Shown piece by piece: positions 30,493 to 40,439 of a DNA stretch of 64,000 nucleotides. The notes under the pieces are model-generated. The model was not told the origin of the DNA. It saw only the letters and a list, made by a program, of their open reading frames with translations, and made no database searches. Source of the DNA: Anaerohalosphaeraceae bacterium (lineage in GTDB: Bacteria > Planctomycetota > Phycisphaerae > Sedimentisphaerales > Anaerohalosphaeraceae); assembly GCA_035450485.1 (NCBI GenBank), contig DAOTMV010000012.1:38882-102881 (forward strand). The letters run 5' to 3'. A program made the position numbers and the translations under genes. Numbering within the stretch: the first letter of the stretch is position 1; each line of letters opens with the position of its first letter.

Positions 30493-32262
30493 CTAACTCC
30501 TGGCCTGGTCCAGAATGAGGTCTTTGACGCGTTTGCTGGGCAGATTCAGAGCGCCATATGCGCTGGCGGCGGCGCTTCGCAGTTCCGGATCGGTCGTATC
30601 GGAACTGATCAGGCTGTAAATGGCGTCAATCTGCTCTTCGGTCAGGAGCCGGGCGTTGAGCTTGGCGGAGGCGGCCAGGGAGCCGAAAGCAGCGATTCGC
30701 ACGGCCTTGCTGTTGGACTCCAGCAGCGCCATATCGGCAATCGCCCGCTGGGCGTCCGGGCTGGACAGCCTGGCGAGCACCTCGCCGGCAAGGGTTTGCA
30801 TTTCCGGACGGCTCTTTTTGGTCACCCCGATGAGGGCGTCGCGTGCCTCGGAGACGTTGATAACGGCGTTTCGGGTGATGGCCAGTTTCAACATGACCTG
30901 TATGGCCCGCATCTCGTAGACGTCGGCCAGCGCGTCGCCGAGTTCGGCGCGTCCGCTGTCGTCGATGGCTTCGGCGAGATTGCGGATGATCAGGCTGCTG
31001 CCGGTGAACTCGGCGTTGGGGCCGGCCTGCCCGATGGCAATGGCAGCGCTGTAGCGCACCATGCGATCTTCAAAGCTGAGTGCCTTGACGAGGGGCTGTT
31101 CGGTGCCGATGCGGTAGAGGAGCGACTTTTCGCCGGCGTTGGCGGCAAGCGCTTCCACGAGCCCGAGCGACACGTATGCGTCCTTGTCCTTCAAGGCGCG
31201 GTCGAGCCCCTCGTGGAGATACTCGGGACCTGCGGTTGTTGCGTAGGTCATGGCATCGGCATGGCCCTGGCCGAAATAGGCCGGCTGAGGTACACCAGTG
31301 CCCTCGGCCTTGAAGAAGGCGGCCAGCCAGAGTGCGATAGCGCTGCCGGTATTTGCATCAGCCTTCAGGGCCCACTCACAGGACCGCATGGCCATCAGTT
31401 CATAGAAGTACTGCTTGTTGACCTCCTCGCGGACGAGGCTGTTTGCCGCGGCGTCCCAGAACCAGATGTTGGCGAAATCGTATTCCGCGGCGGGCCCCAC
31501 CGACTCAGCGTGGTTGTAGTAGCTTTCGGCCAGTTGGAAAAACAGTTGTGCAGCCGGAATCTTCAGCGCGGCCGGATCAATCTTTTCAATAGCCTTTGCA
31601 GCAAGTTGCCGCAACAGTTCGGACTCGTCGTTTTCCATGACATATTTGAGGTGGCCGGCGGCCTGCAGATAGCCGATTTCGCCAAGGGCCTTGATGATTT
31701 CGGCCTTGACTCCGACATTGTTCATCTGCAGGGCGGCGACAAGCGGGCGGATGGCATCGCGGCCAATCTTCGGCAGCGCGCCGGTGATGTTGGCGAACTC
31801 GTTCTTGCGGGCGGGGTCAGCCATGGCGTCGAGCATGTAGGGAATGGCGTATTCGCCGGCATTCTTGAGGCGCTGCTCGGCGGCAATGCGGCCGCGGATG
31901 GCCGTGCTGAGGCGTTTGATCTCCTGGATGATGATTCGCGGTTCAGTGCGGCGCAGGAACCGCCCCTTTTCGATGACAGCGAGGATCTTGGCGCTGACGT
32001 CCCTGAGTTCGTCGCTGGAAGCGTTCATCTTCAAGAGGATCTGGTAGCCGTTCGGGTTGGACTCGGCCAGTTCCAGAAGCTCCAGCGGATCGGGCGAACT
32101 GTCAATGATCGCCTGGGCGTAACCGGCGGCCAGGTCCAGACGGCCGATGGCGGTGTAATGAAGGAAATCATCCCAATTGTCTTCCAGGCTCTGGCCGAAA
32201 CTGACGCCGACCGAACAAACCGCGACCGCCAGGAATGTCATCATACCCTTTTTCACAAACAT
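30493..32262 (-). CDS. secreted HEAT/ARM-repeat protein
   Basis: Signal peptide MMTFLAVAVCSVGVSFGQS. Repeated ~30-40-aa helical pairs (…IRAEIIKALGEIG…, …VRYSAAIAIGQAG…, …VRIAAFGSLAA…) typical of HEAT repeats. Confidence 0.55.
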   Translation of the reverse strand: MFVKKGMMTFLAVAVCSVGVSFGQSLEDNWDDFLHYTAIGRLDLAAGYAQAIIDSSPDPLELLELAESNPNGYQILLKMNASSDELRDVSAKILAVIEKGRFLRRTEPRIIIQEIKRLSTAIRGRIAAEQRLKNAGEYAIPYMLDAMADPARKNEFANITGALPKIGRDAIRPLVAALQMNNVGVKAEIIKALGEIGYLQAAGHLKYVMENDESELLRQLAAKAIEKIDPAALKIPAAQLFFQLAESYYNHAESVGPAAEYDFANIWFWDAAANSLVREEVNKQYFYELMAMRSCEWALKADANTGSAIALWLAAFFKAEGTGVPQPAYFGQGHADAMTYATTAGPEYLHEGLDRALKDKDAYVSLGLVEALAANAGEKSLLYRIGTEQPLVKALSFEDRMVRYSAAIAIGQAGPNAEFTGSSLIIRNLAEAIDDSGRAELGDALADVYEMRAIQVMLKLAITRNAVINVSEARDALIGVTKKSRPEMQTLAGEVLARLSSPDAQRAIADMALLESNSKAVRIAAFGSLAASAKLNARLLTEEQIDAIYSLISSDTTDPELRSAAASAYGALNLPSKRVKDLILDQARS

Positions 32263-32436
32263 AAAAGAACTCCCAAAACAGTCTTATCCTGACAACAGAG
32301 CCATCCTGGTGCACATTGGATCAGAATGTCGAACCCTCTTTCCTGAGAACCATGCAATTCCCTGATTCCATTATAGTTTTCATACCTCAGTTGTCAATTA
32401 AAAACCCCCTTGGAAAGGGCTTTGCCGGGGGTTTTT

Positions 32437-33048
32437 TCAGCGGTAGAGGCCGTTTTTTTCGATATAATCCAACACGAGCGGGGGTAAAAGTCCGGTAACA
32501 TCGTGGCCGGCTGCGAGTTTGCGCCTGATTTCGGTACTGCTGATGTCGACAGAGGGGGTTTCAAGCAGGTTGGCGCGGAGCCGGGCCACCCGGTCGGCGC
32601 CCAACGCCTGCAACGCTTCGAACTCCGGCGGCGGGCATCCTCCACGGTGCATGACACACAGGGTGCAGGCGTCGAGCAGGTCGTCGACGCGGTGCCATTT
32701 GGGAAGGTCCTTAAGCATGTCGGCACCGATGAGCCAGAAGAGTTGGGCCGAAGCGCCGAAGCGCCGACGGAAATACAGCACGGTGTCGAGCGTGTAGCTT
32801 GGTTCTTCGCGGCGCAGTTCGCAGTCACTGACATGGAACCGTTTGCACTGGCGCGCGGCCAGTCGCAGCATCGCAAGTCGATGTTCTCCGGAAGCGACCG
32901 GATTGACGCGCTTGTGCGGCGAACGCCTGGCCGGAATGAAGAAGACCATGTCAGCGCAAAGATGTTCGGCGGCGAACTGCGCAACGGTTGTGTGTCCCAC
33001 ATGCACGGGGTCGAACGTTCCGCCGAAGAGCACAATGCGCTGCTCCAT
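32437..33048 (-). CDS. nadD: nicotinate-nucleotide adenylyltransferase
   Basis: MEQRIVLFGGTFDPVHVGH (HxGH nucleotidyltransferase motif), 203 aa. Confidence 0.9.
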   Translation of the reverse strand: MEQRIVLFGGTFDPVHVGHTTVAQFAAEHLCADMVFFIPARRSPHKRVNPVASGEHRLAMLRLAARQCKRFHVSDCELRREEPSYTLDTVLYFRRRFGASAQLFWLIGADMLKDLPKWHRVDDLLDACTLCVMHRGGCPPPEFEALQALGADRVARLRANLLETPSVDISSTEIRRKLAAGHDVTGLLPPLVLDYIEKNGLYR

Positions 33049-33510
33049 GATGCCTCAAGAATTCACACAGACTTGTGCGATTAGCCAAGAATTTTATCGT
33101 ACGTTGGAAATATTTTCGCTTTTCCGAAAAAATATTTTGCGCGGCACAACGGCGATGTGATCAACAGAAACTCGTTTGCGTCAAGGGCGCTGCGCGTTCG
33201 GTGTCCGTGTGCGACAAGCAGAAACGTCGTGTTGGCGAAACTGCAATATAATGCATCGAAACCCGTGTTTCAAGCAAATTAACGAAACGCCGGCAGATGC
33301 TGTCAGCACGGCTGCATCGTGTGAGCAGCGCAGCGCAAGCAACGACACAGCATGCGTTGATGTGTTCGACGAACGGATTGCATGTTGCGGAAAACGAAAA
33401 AAAATGAAGTATTTTTCTGGCGTTTGACGATAAAGATGGGTACTTAAGAAACTTACGATTAAGTCTTCGATACCTTTGATGATGTCTTAATTGCCAACGC
33501 CGAAAGGAGG

Positions 33511-33621
33511 TGACAAGACTATGGCAAAGAAAAAAGCCGCGACCAAGAAAGCGAAAAAGAAAGTAGCGAAGAAAGCCACTAAGAAGGCGCCGGCCAAGAA
33601 GAAAGCCAAGAAGAAGAAGAA
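33511..33621 (+). CDS. Lys/Ala-rich small basic protein (histone H1 / Hc1-like, 36 aa)
   Basis: ATG preceded by a near-perfect RBS (AAAGGAGGTG, 8-nt spacer). Encodes MAKKKAATKKAKKKVAKKATKKAPAKKKAKKKKKKK. Followed ~100 nt downstream by a strong intrinsic terminator. The overlapping minus ORF 33161..33691 is rejected. Confidence 0.55.
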
Positions 33622-33721
33622 GAAAAAATAAGTGATTCTTGTTCCCCTCCTCTCGGGGTGGGGAAGAGCAGGCTGACGGGCCTGTTCGCAAGCTGAATTA
33701 GCTGGTAGTACTCGCTAAAAA

Positions 33722-33769
33722 AAGAAGGTTCTCCTGCCACGGCGGAACCTTCTTTTTTTTGCGCGATCA
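33722..33769 (+). terminator. rho-independent terminator
   Basis: AGAAGGTTC-tcctgccacggcg-GAACCTTCT hairpin followed by a TTTTTTTT run. Confidence 0.75.
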
Positions 33770-33938
33770 GCGACAAGTGAACCTGTTCGAGGTGGTGGAG
33801 GGTGTGCCGACACAGCAGACCCTACGAGGGAGACCAAGGCGAAATCACAGCGGGTTGTTGACAATTACAGGTATGCGACCTATACTTCAATTGTGGATGT
33901 CGGTCTTGGGTAAGTACAGGTTGAAAGGAACGCCTTCA

Positions 33939-34316
33939 ATGAAGAATTTTGCGATTTCACTGCTGGCAGCGACCTTGTTGCTGAGCACAGGGGTCGTTTT
34001 TACCGGATGCGAGGAGGAGGCGACTGACGCGTCGACGATGCGAAAGGCCCGGCTTGTGGCCGATGAAAACATCGAATTGAAGAGGCAGCTCGCTGAGAAG
34101 GACAAGGAAATCGAGAAGCAGAAACAGCTCGTGGAGCAGTGCAAGCAGGAGATGAGCAAGGCCCAGGAGGATAGCGGCACGGCCATGCTGCAGATGCTTC
34201 AGCACCTTGCGGAAAGCGCCAAGGAGGTCGAGGCGCTGACACAGGAGAACAGCAAGCTCAAGGAGCGGATCGCCGAGCTGGAAGCCAAACTGGCGACGCC
34301 CAGATCGGAACCGTGA
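33939..34316 (+). CDS. coiled-coil lipoprotein
   Basis: ATG at 33939 with an AAAGGAA RBS. MKNFAISLLAATLLLSTGVVFTGC lipobox, then a ~100-aa heptad-rich helical region (…LKRQLAEKDKEIEKQKQLVEQCKQE…LKERIAELEAKL). Confidence 0.5.
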   Translation: MKNFAISLLAATLLLSTGVVFTGCEEEATDASTMRKARLVADENIELKRQLAEKDKEIEKQKQLVEQCKQEMSKAQEDSGTAMLQMLQHLAESAKEVEALTQENSKLKERIAELEAKLATPRSEP

Positions 34317-34336
34317 CCGCCCGGTCAGCTGCGGCC

Positions 34337-36103
34337 TTAAATACAGACCTTCTGGGATGCTTCCACGCAGTCGCAGAGGTTTTCGTCAGGATAGCGGCGA
34401 CGCATGGCGGCGGCGATGAGGGCGACAAACATGGGTTGCGGCCGCAGGGGTCTTGACGTCAAGCATGGGTGGGCCTGCGTGCCCATGAAGAATGGGTGTG
34501 CCGGGATCTCAAGTATTTGCATTATGGGATAGTCAGGCGCCTTGCCGGAAAAGACCATGCCGTGCTGTTCGAGTATCGGCACGTATCGCGGATCGACCTC
34601 GTAACGGTGCCGGAATCGCATTCTGACTCGGTCCCGGCCACCGAAGATCTTCCAGGCAAGGGTATCGCGTCTTAGTTCGATATCCCTGCCGCCCAGGCGC
34701 ATGTTGCCGCCAAGCCCTTCAATCTTTTTCTGTTCAGGCAGAGAATCGATGACAGGTTCCGAACAACCGGGGTCGGTCTCCGTGCTGTTGGCGCCCTTCA
34801 AGCCGCAAACGTTGCGGGCGAACTCAATCACGGCCATCTGGAAGCCGAGGCACAGGCCGAGATAGGGCACGCTGTTTTCGCGAGCGTAACGGATACAGGT
34901 GATTTTGCCCTCCGTGCCGCGGGTCCCGAACCCGCCGGGCACAATGATGCCGTCGACGTCCCGCAAGTGGGCGCTGACGTTCTTGTCGGTGACATCCGTT
35001 GTTTCGATCCATTTGATTTTGACGCGGGTGCTGAGCGCGATACCGCTGTGTTCAAGGGCGTGGAGGATCGAGGCGTAGCTGTCGCGAACAGAGGTGTATT
35101 TGCCGGTGATGCCGATGGTGACCGTGTATTTTTCCTTGCCGATCTTGTCGGTGAAATCGCACCACCGGCCCCACTCCACGCGTTCGTGACGAAGGTTGAT
35201 GCGGTCCTCGATTCTGAGCAGCCGCAGCACCTCGAAGTCCAGGCCGCAATCGCGGAGCATGGCGGGGATGGTGTAGATACTGGCGGAGTCGTGCATGCTG
35301 AAGACGCGTTCGAACGGCACGTTGCTGAAGACGCTGATCTTCTGCCGGGCCTGGTCGCTGACGGGATTCTCAGCCCGGCAGGCGATAATATCAGGCTGAA
35401 TGCCCATCTGCATCAACTGCTTGATGCCTAACTGGGCGGCCTTGGACTTCTGCTCGCCGAGGGTGCGGGGCTCCAGGATATAGGTCAAGCCCACAAAACA
35501 GCAACTGTCCGGCCCTTCTTCGTAGGCCAGTTCGCGCATGGCCTCGATATAAAAGGCGTTCTCCAGGTCCCCTACCGTGCCGCCGATTTCGACGAAGACG
35601 ACATCGGCGCCGGTTTCCATGGCCAGCCGCCGCAACTTGAGTTTGACTTCGCCGGTGACGTGAGGAATCATCTGCACATCGCGGCCGAGGTAATCGCCGT
35701 GACGCTCCTTGTCCAGAACGGAGCGGTAGATTTGGCCGCTGGTGGAGAAATTGGCCCTGCTGAGGTTCTGGTCGAGCATTCGCTCATAGGTGCCCAGGTC
35801 CATGTCGCATTCCATGCCGTCATCGAGTACGAAGACTTCGCCATGACGGAACGGGTTAAGGGTTCCCGAGTCGATGTTAAGGTAGCCTTCCAGCTTGATC
35901 GGGGCGACTTTGAGGCCTTTGTCCTGCAGGAGTTTGGCCAGGCAGGATGAAAAGATACCCTTCCCCAGGCCGCTCATCACCGTGCCCATCACGACGACAT
36001 ACCGGGCCTTGCCCTTTCGATAACCATTGGGAATAGGCGAGAAATACTCCGTTTCGGTCGTCACATCCCTTACGCTGGCCAACAAATCCTTGCTATCCGC
36101 CAT
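34337..36103 (-). CDS. pyrG: CTP synthase
   Basis: 588 aa. N-terminal synthetase domain (…RYVVVMGTVMSGLGKG…) and a C-terminal class-I glutamine amidotransferase domain (GLCLGFQ…, H and E of the triad). Confidence 0.95.
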   Translation of the reverse strand: MADSKDLLASVRDVTTETEYFSPIPNGYRKGKARYVVVMGTVMSGLGKGIFSSCLAKLLQDKGLKVAPIKLEGYLNIDSGTLNPFRHGEVFVLDDGMECDMDLGTYERMLDQNLSRANFSTSGQIYRSVLDKERHGDYLGRDVQMIPHVTGEVKLKLRRLAMETGADVVFVEIGGTVGDLENAFYIEAMRELAYEEGPDSCCFVGLTYILEPRTLGEQKSKAAQLGIKQLMQMGIQPDIIACRAENPVSDQARQKISVFSNVPFERVFSMHDSASIYTIPAMLRDCGLDFEVLRLLRIEDRINLRHERVEWGRWCDFTDKIGKEKYTVTIGITGKYTSVRDSYASILHALEHSGIALSTRVKIKWIETTDVTDKNVSAHLRDVDGIIVPGGFGTRGTEGKITCIRYARENSVPYLGLCLGFQMAVIEFARNVCGLKGANSTETDPGCSEPVIDSLPEQKKIEGLGGNMRLGGRDIELRRDTLAWKIFGGRDRVRMRFRHRYEVDPRYVPILEQHGMVFSGKAPDYPIMQILEIPAHPFFMGTQAHPCLTSRPLRPQPMFVALIAAAMRRRYPDENLCDCVEASQKVCI

Positions 36104-36162
36104 AAGCCGGGTCTTACCTCTCTATTTTTATGTCTGTTCCGACGTCCGCGGGCGGCGGACCA

Positions 36163-36903
36163 TCACTGCCGCGCCAGATACCTCTTCACGAACGCCTCAT
36201 ACTGCCGGGGGGTGTCGATACCCTCCCATGCATGCCGCACCCGTCCTGCGATAACGGTATAACCACGCTCAATGGCCCGGAGTTGTTCAAGTTTCTCAAT
36301 TCGCTCCAGGACACCCTGCGGCAATTGCGTAAACGTTGTCAGAAAGGCCTTGCGATACGCATAAAGGCCCATGTGGCGAAGATACTGCGAGACATCGCCC
36401 ACGCCGCCGGCCTGGCGGTCGTACGGAATGACCGAGCGCGAGAAGTAGATCGCCCTTCCGCGTGCATCGAGAATGGCTTTGACCACATTGGGATCGGCGA
36501 TTTGCCGAGGGTCTTCGAAACGAGCAACAAGCGTTGCCATATCCGCGTCGGGATGCTCCCAAAGCAAGGCGGCCACGTCGTCGATGTACTGCGGATCGAT
36601 TTCCGGTTCGTCGGCCTGGAGGTTGACGACCAAGTCCGTTCGGACATCCGCGACCGCTTCGGCGATGCGGTCGGTGCCGCTTTCGTGGTCAGCCGAGGTC
36701 ATGACACATTCGGCGCCGAACTCTTCGCAGGCGTGCAAGACGGCTTCGCTGTCAGTGGCGACGAGCACCCGGCTTACACTTTTGGCACAGAGCGCTTGTT
36801 CGTAGGTATGCTGAACAAGGTATTTGCCAGTCTGTTTAGCGAGAACTTTTCCCTCGAAGCGACTTGATCCGTATCGAGCGGGTATTACAACAACCACCTT
36901 CAC
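36163..36903 (-). CDS. kdsB: 3-deoxy-manno-octulosonate cytidylyltransferase (CMP-KDO synthetase)
   Basis: MKVVVVIPARYGSSRFEGK…, 246 aa. Canonical KdsB, adjacent to pyrG as in many Gram-negatives. Confidence 0.9.
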   Translation of the reverse strand: MKVVVVIPARYGSSRFEGKVLAKQTGKYLVQHTYEQALCAKSVSRVLVATDSEAVLHACEEFGAECVMTSADHESGTDRIAEAVADVRTDLVVNLQADEPEIDPQYIDDVAALLWEHPDADMATLVARFEDPRQIADPNVVKAILDARGRAIYFSRSVIPYDRQAGGVGDVSQYLRHMGLYAYRKAFLTTFTQLPQGVLERIEKLEQLRAIERGYTVIAGRVRHAWEGIDTPRQYEAFVKRYLARQ

Positions 36904-37019
36904 TCAGGTTCTTCCTTGCAGCGACTCCGGCCAACAGTATCTTCCTGAAACCACTGCCCGTATAGAATAAGCCGACGTGAAACGGCTGTCAACGCCGCCG
37001 GTGATTTTTTTGCCGGCCA

Positions 37020-38888
37020 TTATGCGGACGGTTGGGCATCGGTGGTCTGTGCCTGGGGATTGTCGTCTTTGGGCTGTTCCTCGGCGACTTGCAGGCTGGT
37101 TGAGACTGTGGACGGCACAGATGCACCTGAACTTGCGGCGTGATCGTCGAAGACGCGCCAGGCGGGGGCCAGCAGTTCCGGCACTTCCCAGGCACTGCCG
37201 CAGTGGTGGCATTTCTCCATGTCCGGCCTGCGCCCCCTGCCGCAATTGGCACAGGTTACAAGCGTGTGCGTCGGGCGCGTAAACCGCCATGTCAGGAAGG
37301 CGGGCAAACCGAATGTCAGGATGGCGGCCGTCCAATACTTTATTGACCGATCCGAAAGTCCGATTGTCCGCGCCTGGCGCCTGACGGCCATCGTCAGCAC
37401 CGCGGCGATCAGCAGCGACGGCGACATCGTCATGGCAAGGACGGCGAGGCGCTGGAAGCGATCCTCCTGGTACTTACGGCCCAGCGAGCCGGCAAACGAA
37501 TGCGGCAGGAGCAGCAGATTGCGCTGCCCCTTCTCGGGGGAAATATACGGCGCCGTGAAGTAAGAGGCTACGCTGAATACGGGGGGCTGAAGGTTTTCCA
37601 GCAAGTATCTTAGACCCGTCAGTGCGGGTCCCCCGGGCATCTCGAAATAGGTATTGATTGTCCTTGCCCGGGCCACTGTATCGTCATCCAGCGGACCACC
37701 GGCTCTTGCACCACTGCCCCCAGGTAGTTGCTTGCCGTACCCCGTGTCCGCCTCTGCGTCAGATAGATCGCGGACTCTTGGCCCGTTTTCGCGTTCGAAG
37801 CGGCGACGTACACGTGTGGCCATGGTCATGTCGGATGCGACCATTTCGCCGTCGGCATCGAAGACGGCAACCGTTGCGCCGGTGCCATCGGGCGACAGGG
37901 TCGCGACAAGGGCGCCAAGATAGGTGTTGTTCGGGTCAAAGCTGACGGACACGGCAATCCAGGCCGGCAGGTCGTAGGGCCGGGCCATCTCATCTCGCGA
38001 CATTGCGAATTCGGGCGCCGTCGGCAGATACCCGGTCTGTCCGGCCCATTGAAGCGTTTGGCGGTTGAGCTTGTGAAGGCGGCCGGCGTTATCGAGCACC
38101 AGCACGTATTCGCCGGCATTTATGGACAGCGGCACAGCAGGTATAAAATTGCCCGGGACAATCTCGTCTTGGCGCGTTCGGCGCTCTTGCTCAGTGGCTT
38201 CCCTGAGGGGCGGGGTCCACTGCATGGACAGTAGATTCGGGTTCTTGCTGATTCGACCGGCGGCCACAGGGGCGCCCATTTCGGCCAGCGACTCAGCAGG
38301 CGCTTCCACGACCTGCCGTGCGGCGAGATTGACACGGAAGAGCCTGCGCAGCTTCGTGTCAAGAATGATCAGGTCCTCTTTGCCGTCGAAAACCGCCCTG
38401 GGCTCCACAAAGCGGCCTGTCTCATCGCTGTCGATTACCGAGATGCCCTCCGGTCCGACAAACAACTGCGGCTCATTGATCCACAAACCGTTCGACTCGC
38501 CGTCTTCATCTTCTTCCTGGTAGATCTTGCACTGCACGATCTTACCGATGGCCGGGTCGAAGTACGTGTACAGCCTCTTTTCGTCTTCAAGGGGTTGCAC
38601 GCCAATCAGCCACAGATCCGTATGTTCGTTCAGAGGCACTGTCTCCTCAGGATGCACATCGACCATGACTCGGGATGGAACCACAACGGCAGGCTGGGTC
38701 TCGAGGGACAGAGGAAGAAGACCACAGGGCTGCACCTGGGCCCGACGGTTGGCCAAGGGGGTAATTCCGCCGAGAACCGACTTGCATGCGAAACGGGCCC
38801 AGTACAGAACAAGGCTCAGCAGCAGCGTGACGATGACACCCACGGTTACAACATGGACCAGATAGCTTCGCAAGGTATTCATGAGCAT
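37020..38888 (-). CDS. large membrane protein with C-terminal TM bundle and zinc-ribbon (last gene of GntR-ABC operon)
   Basis: 622 aa. N-terminal TM helix, ~450-aa extracytoplasmic/soluble region, C-terminal TM helices, and a CANCGRG…CHHCGS C-x2-C…C-x2-C motif. No family recognised. Confidence 0.5.
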   Translation of the reverse strand: MLMNTLRSYLVHVVTVGVIVTLLLSLVLYWARFACKSVLGGITPLANRRAQVQPCGLLPLSLETQPAVVVPSRVMVDVHPEETVPLNEHTDLWLIGVQPLEDEKRLYTYFDPAIGKIVQCKIYQEEDEDGESNGLWINEPQLFVGPEGISVIDSDETGRFVEPRAVFDGKEDLIILDTKLRRLFRVNLAARQVVEAPAESLAEMGAPVAAGRISKNPNLLSMQWTPPLREATEQERRTRQDEIVPGNFIPAVPLSINAGEYVLVLDNAGRLHKLNRQTLQWAGQTGYLPTAPEFAMSRDEMARPYDLPAWIAVSVSFDPNNTYLGALVATLSPDGTGATVAVFDADGEMVASDMTMATRVRRRFERENGPRVRDLSDAEADTGYGKQLPGGSGARAGGPLDDDTVARARTINTYFEMPGGPALTGLRYLLENLQPPVFSVASYFTAPYISPEKGQRNLLLLPHSFAGSLGRKYQEDRFQRLAVLAMTMSPSLLIAAVLTMAVRRQARTIGLSDRSIKYWTAAILTFGLPAFLTWRFTRPTHTLVTCANCGRGRRPDMEKCHHCGSAWEVPELLAPAWRVFDDHAASSGASVPSTVSTSLQVAEEQPKDDNPQAQTTDAQPSA

Positions 38889-38892
38889 TTCC

Positions 38893-39522
38893 TTAAAGAG
38901 GCGTTGAGATGAAATGCTGTCGACTGCGGATCAGCGATACCGCCGTAACCAAGACCAGAATGACGGCCGTTTCCATGCCTGAGCCTTTGAGGATAACGAG
39001 TGGAATGAGAATCAAGGCCAAGGTCGTGCCACCCAACACCGGGACAACCCTGCCCGGGGCCCAGCCGGTCAACAGTCCCAGACTGTAGGAGGCCAGGCTC
39101 AAAAGGAGAACCGTCCGAACACCTGCCACGAACATGGCCTGGTACAGGGGGATCGGCGGCATGACAACCTTCAGAATGATTATCCACGCAGCGGTCACCG
39201 GCAGAAGCGTCATCACGATCAGCAGCACGCCCGTGATCACGCGGGCCGTAAAGATTGCGCTTCGGGTCACGGCCAATGTCGACAGAAAACAGGAGATGCG
39301 GCGCGTTTTGTCCATATACATCTGTTTGGCTCCCATGCCGCTGAATAACACCATTGCCCAGACGAGCATGGGGAGTATTGGCCAGCCAGACATGCTCTTC
39401 GAACTGAGGCCGCCCGAGTATACGTTGGAGATCACGAACACGATTATGCTTATGGTATATGCTGCACCGGTGATAAAAAAGGCGCGACTGTCATCGATTT
39501 CACGCTTGATCAGTGTCCACAT
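38893..39522 (-). CDS. ABC-2-type transporter permease
   Basis: 209 aa, ~6 TM helices. Directly follows the ABC ATPase with a 14-nt gap. Confidence 0.6.
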   Translation of the reverse strand: MWTLIKREIDDSRAFFITGAAYTISIIVFVISNVYSGGLSSKSMSGWPILPMLVWAMVLFSGMGAKQMYMDKTRRISCFLSTLAVTRSAIFTARVITGVLLIVMTLLPVTAAWIIILKVVMPPIPLYQAMFVAGVRTVLLLSLASYSLGLLTGWAPGRVVPVLGGTTLALILIPLVILKGSGMETAVILVLVTAVSLIRSRQHFISTPL

Positions 39523-39536
39523 GGTCGTCTCCTTAT

Positions 39537-40439
39537 TTACACGGCCGTCGGCATTCGGACGGGATTAGTGCACTCAATGAACAGATCTTCCAATGTCATC
39601 GGGATTTCCGCGACGTGCTGCGGACGGAAGGCTTCCACCACGGCCCGCTTGGCGGCATCCCAGTTGGCCACGGTAATGATCACTTCAGTACCGGAACGCT
39701 GCTGCCGGATGATGCCGGTCAGCGGCAGGTCGTCAGGGGGGCTCTCGGCGAAGATGATCTGCACCTTGCAGATCCGCCGCTTGAGTTCTTCCAGGGAGCA
39801 GTCGACCACCAGTTTGCCGCCGGCGAGGATACCGATGCGGTCAGCGATTCGTTCGACGTCGCTGAGGATATGCGAGCTGAAGAGGATTGTTCGGCCGTCC
39901 CGCTGTATCACATCGATGGCCAGTGCAAGGAATTGCCACCGTGCGACGGTATCGAGCCCAAGTGTGGGATCATCGAGGATAAGCACCTCCGGGTCGATGG
40001 CCATGGCCAGGGCCAGGTTGAGCTGAGCCCGCATGCCGGTTGACAGTTCGCGGACCCGGCGTTCCATGGGCAGGCGGAAGGTTTCGTTGAGCTTGTCGAA
40101 AAAGGGCTGGTTCCACTGGCATGACAACCTGCGGCATAGTCTCACGAGATGGCCCACGCGGTAATGCTGCAGGAGGTGGTGTCCTTCCGCCACGTAGCCG
40201 ATGCGCCCCCGCGTCCGGGCGTCAAGCTGCATCGATTCAGTCCCCAGGACGAAGGTCCGGCCGCGGCTGGCCGGCTCCTGTCCGAGGAGGATGCGGATGA
40301 GCGTGGTCTTTCCGATGCCGTTGCGGCCGAGCAGCCCGTAGATGCAGCCGCGTCGAACCTGCAGGCTGACGCCGTCCAGAACGCAGCGGCCGCCGTAGTA
40401 CTTCACCAGATCCCTGACTTCGATCGCGATGTCACTCAT
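39537..40439 (-). CDS. ABC transporter ATP-binding protein
   Basis: Walker A GRNGIGKTT, signature LSTGMRAQ, Walker B ILDDP. 8-nt overlap with the gntR stop. Confidence 0.85.
   Translation of the reverse strand: MSDIAIEVRDLVKYYGGRCVLDGVSLQVRRGCIYGLLGRNGIGKTTLIRILLGQEPASRGRTFVLGTESMQLDARTRGRIGYVAEGHHLLQHYRVGHLVRLCRRLSCQWNQPFFDKLNETFRLPMERRVRELSTGMRAQLNLALAMAIDPEVLILDDPTLGLDTVARWQFLALAIDVIQRDGRTILFSSHILSDVERIADRIGILAGGKLVVDCSLEELKRRICKVQIIFAESPPDDLPLTGIIRQQRSGTEVIITVANWDAAKRAVVEAFRPQHVAEIPMTLEDLFIECTNPVRMPTAV

Noticed and set aside
30466-32292. 608-aa + strand ORF
   Set aside because: Antisense to the HEAT-repeat protein gene. Gly/Ala-rich shadow frame.
33161-33691. 176-aa minus-strand ORF covering the AT-richer intergenic region
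   Set aside because: Its 5' part is the antisense of the Lys-rich small gene (KKK read as FFF/LLL). It has no RBS and its composition is low-complexity. The plus-strand gene has a consensus RBS and a terminator.
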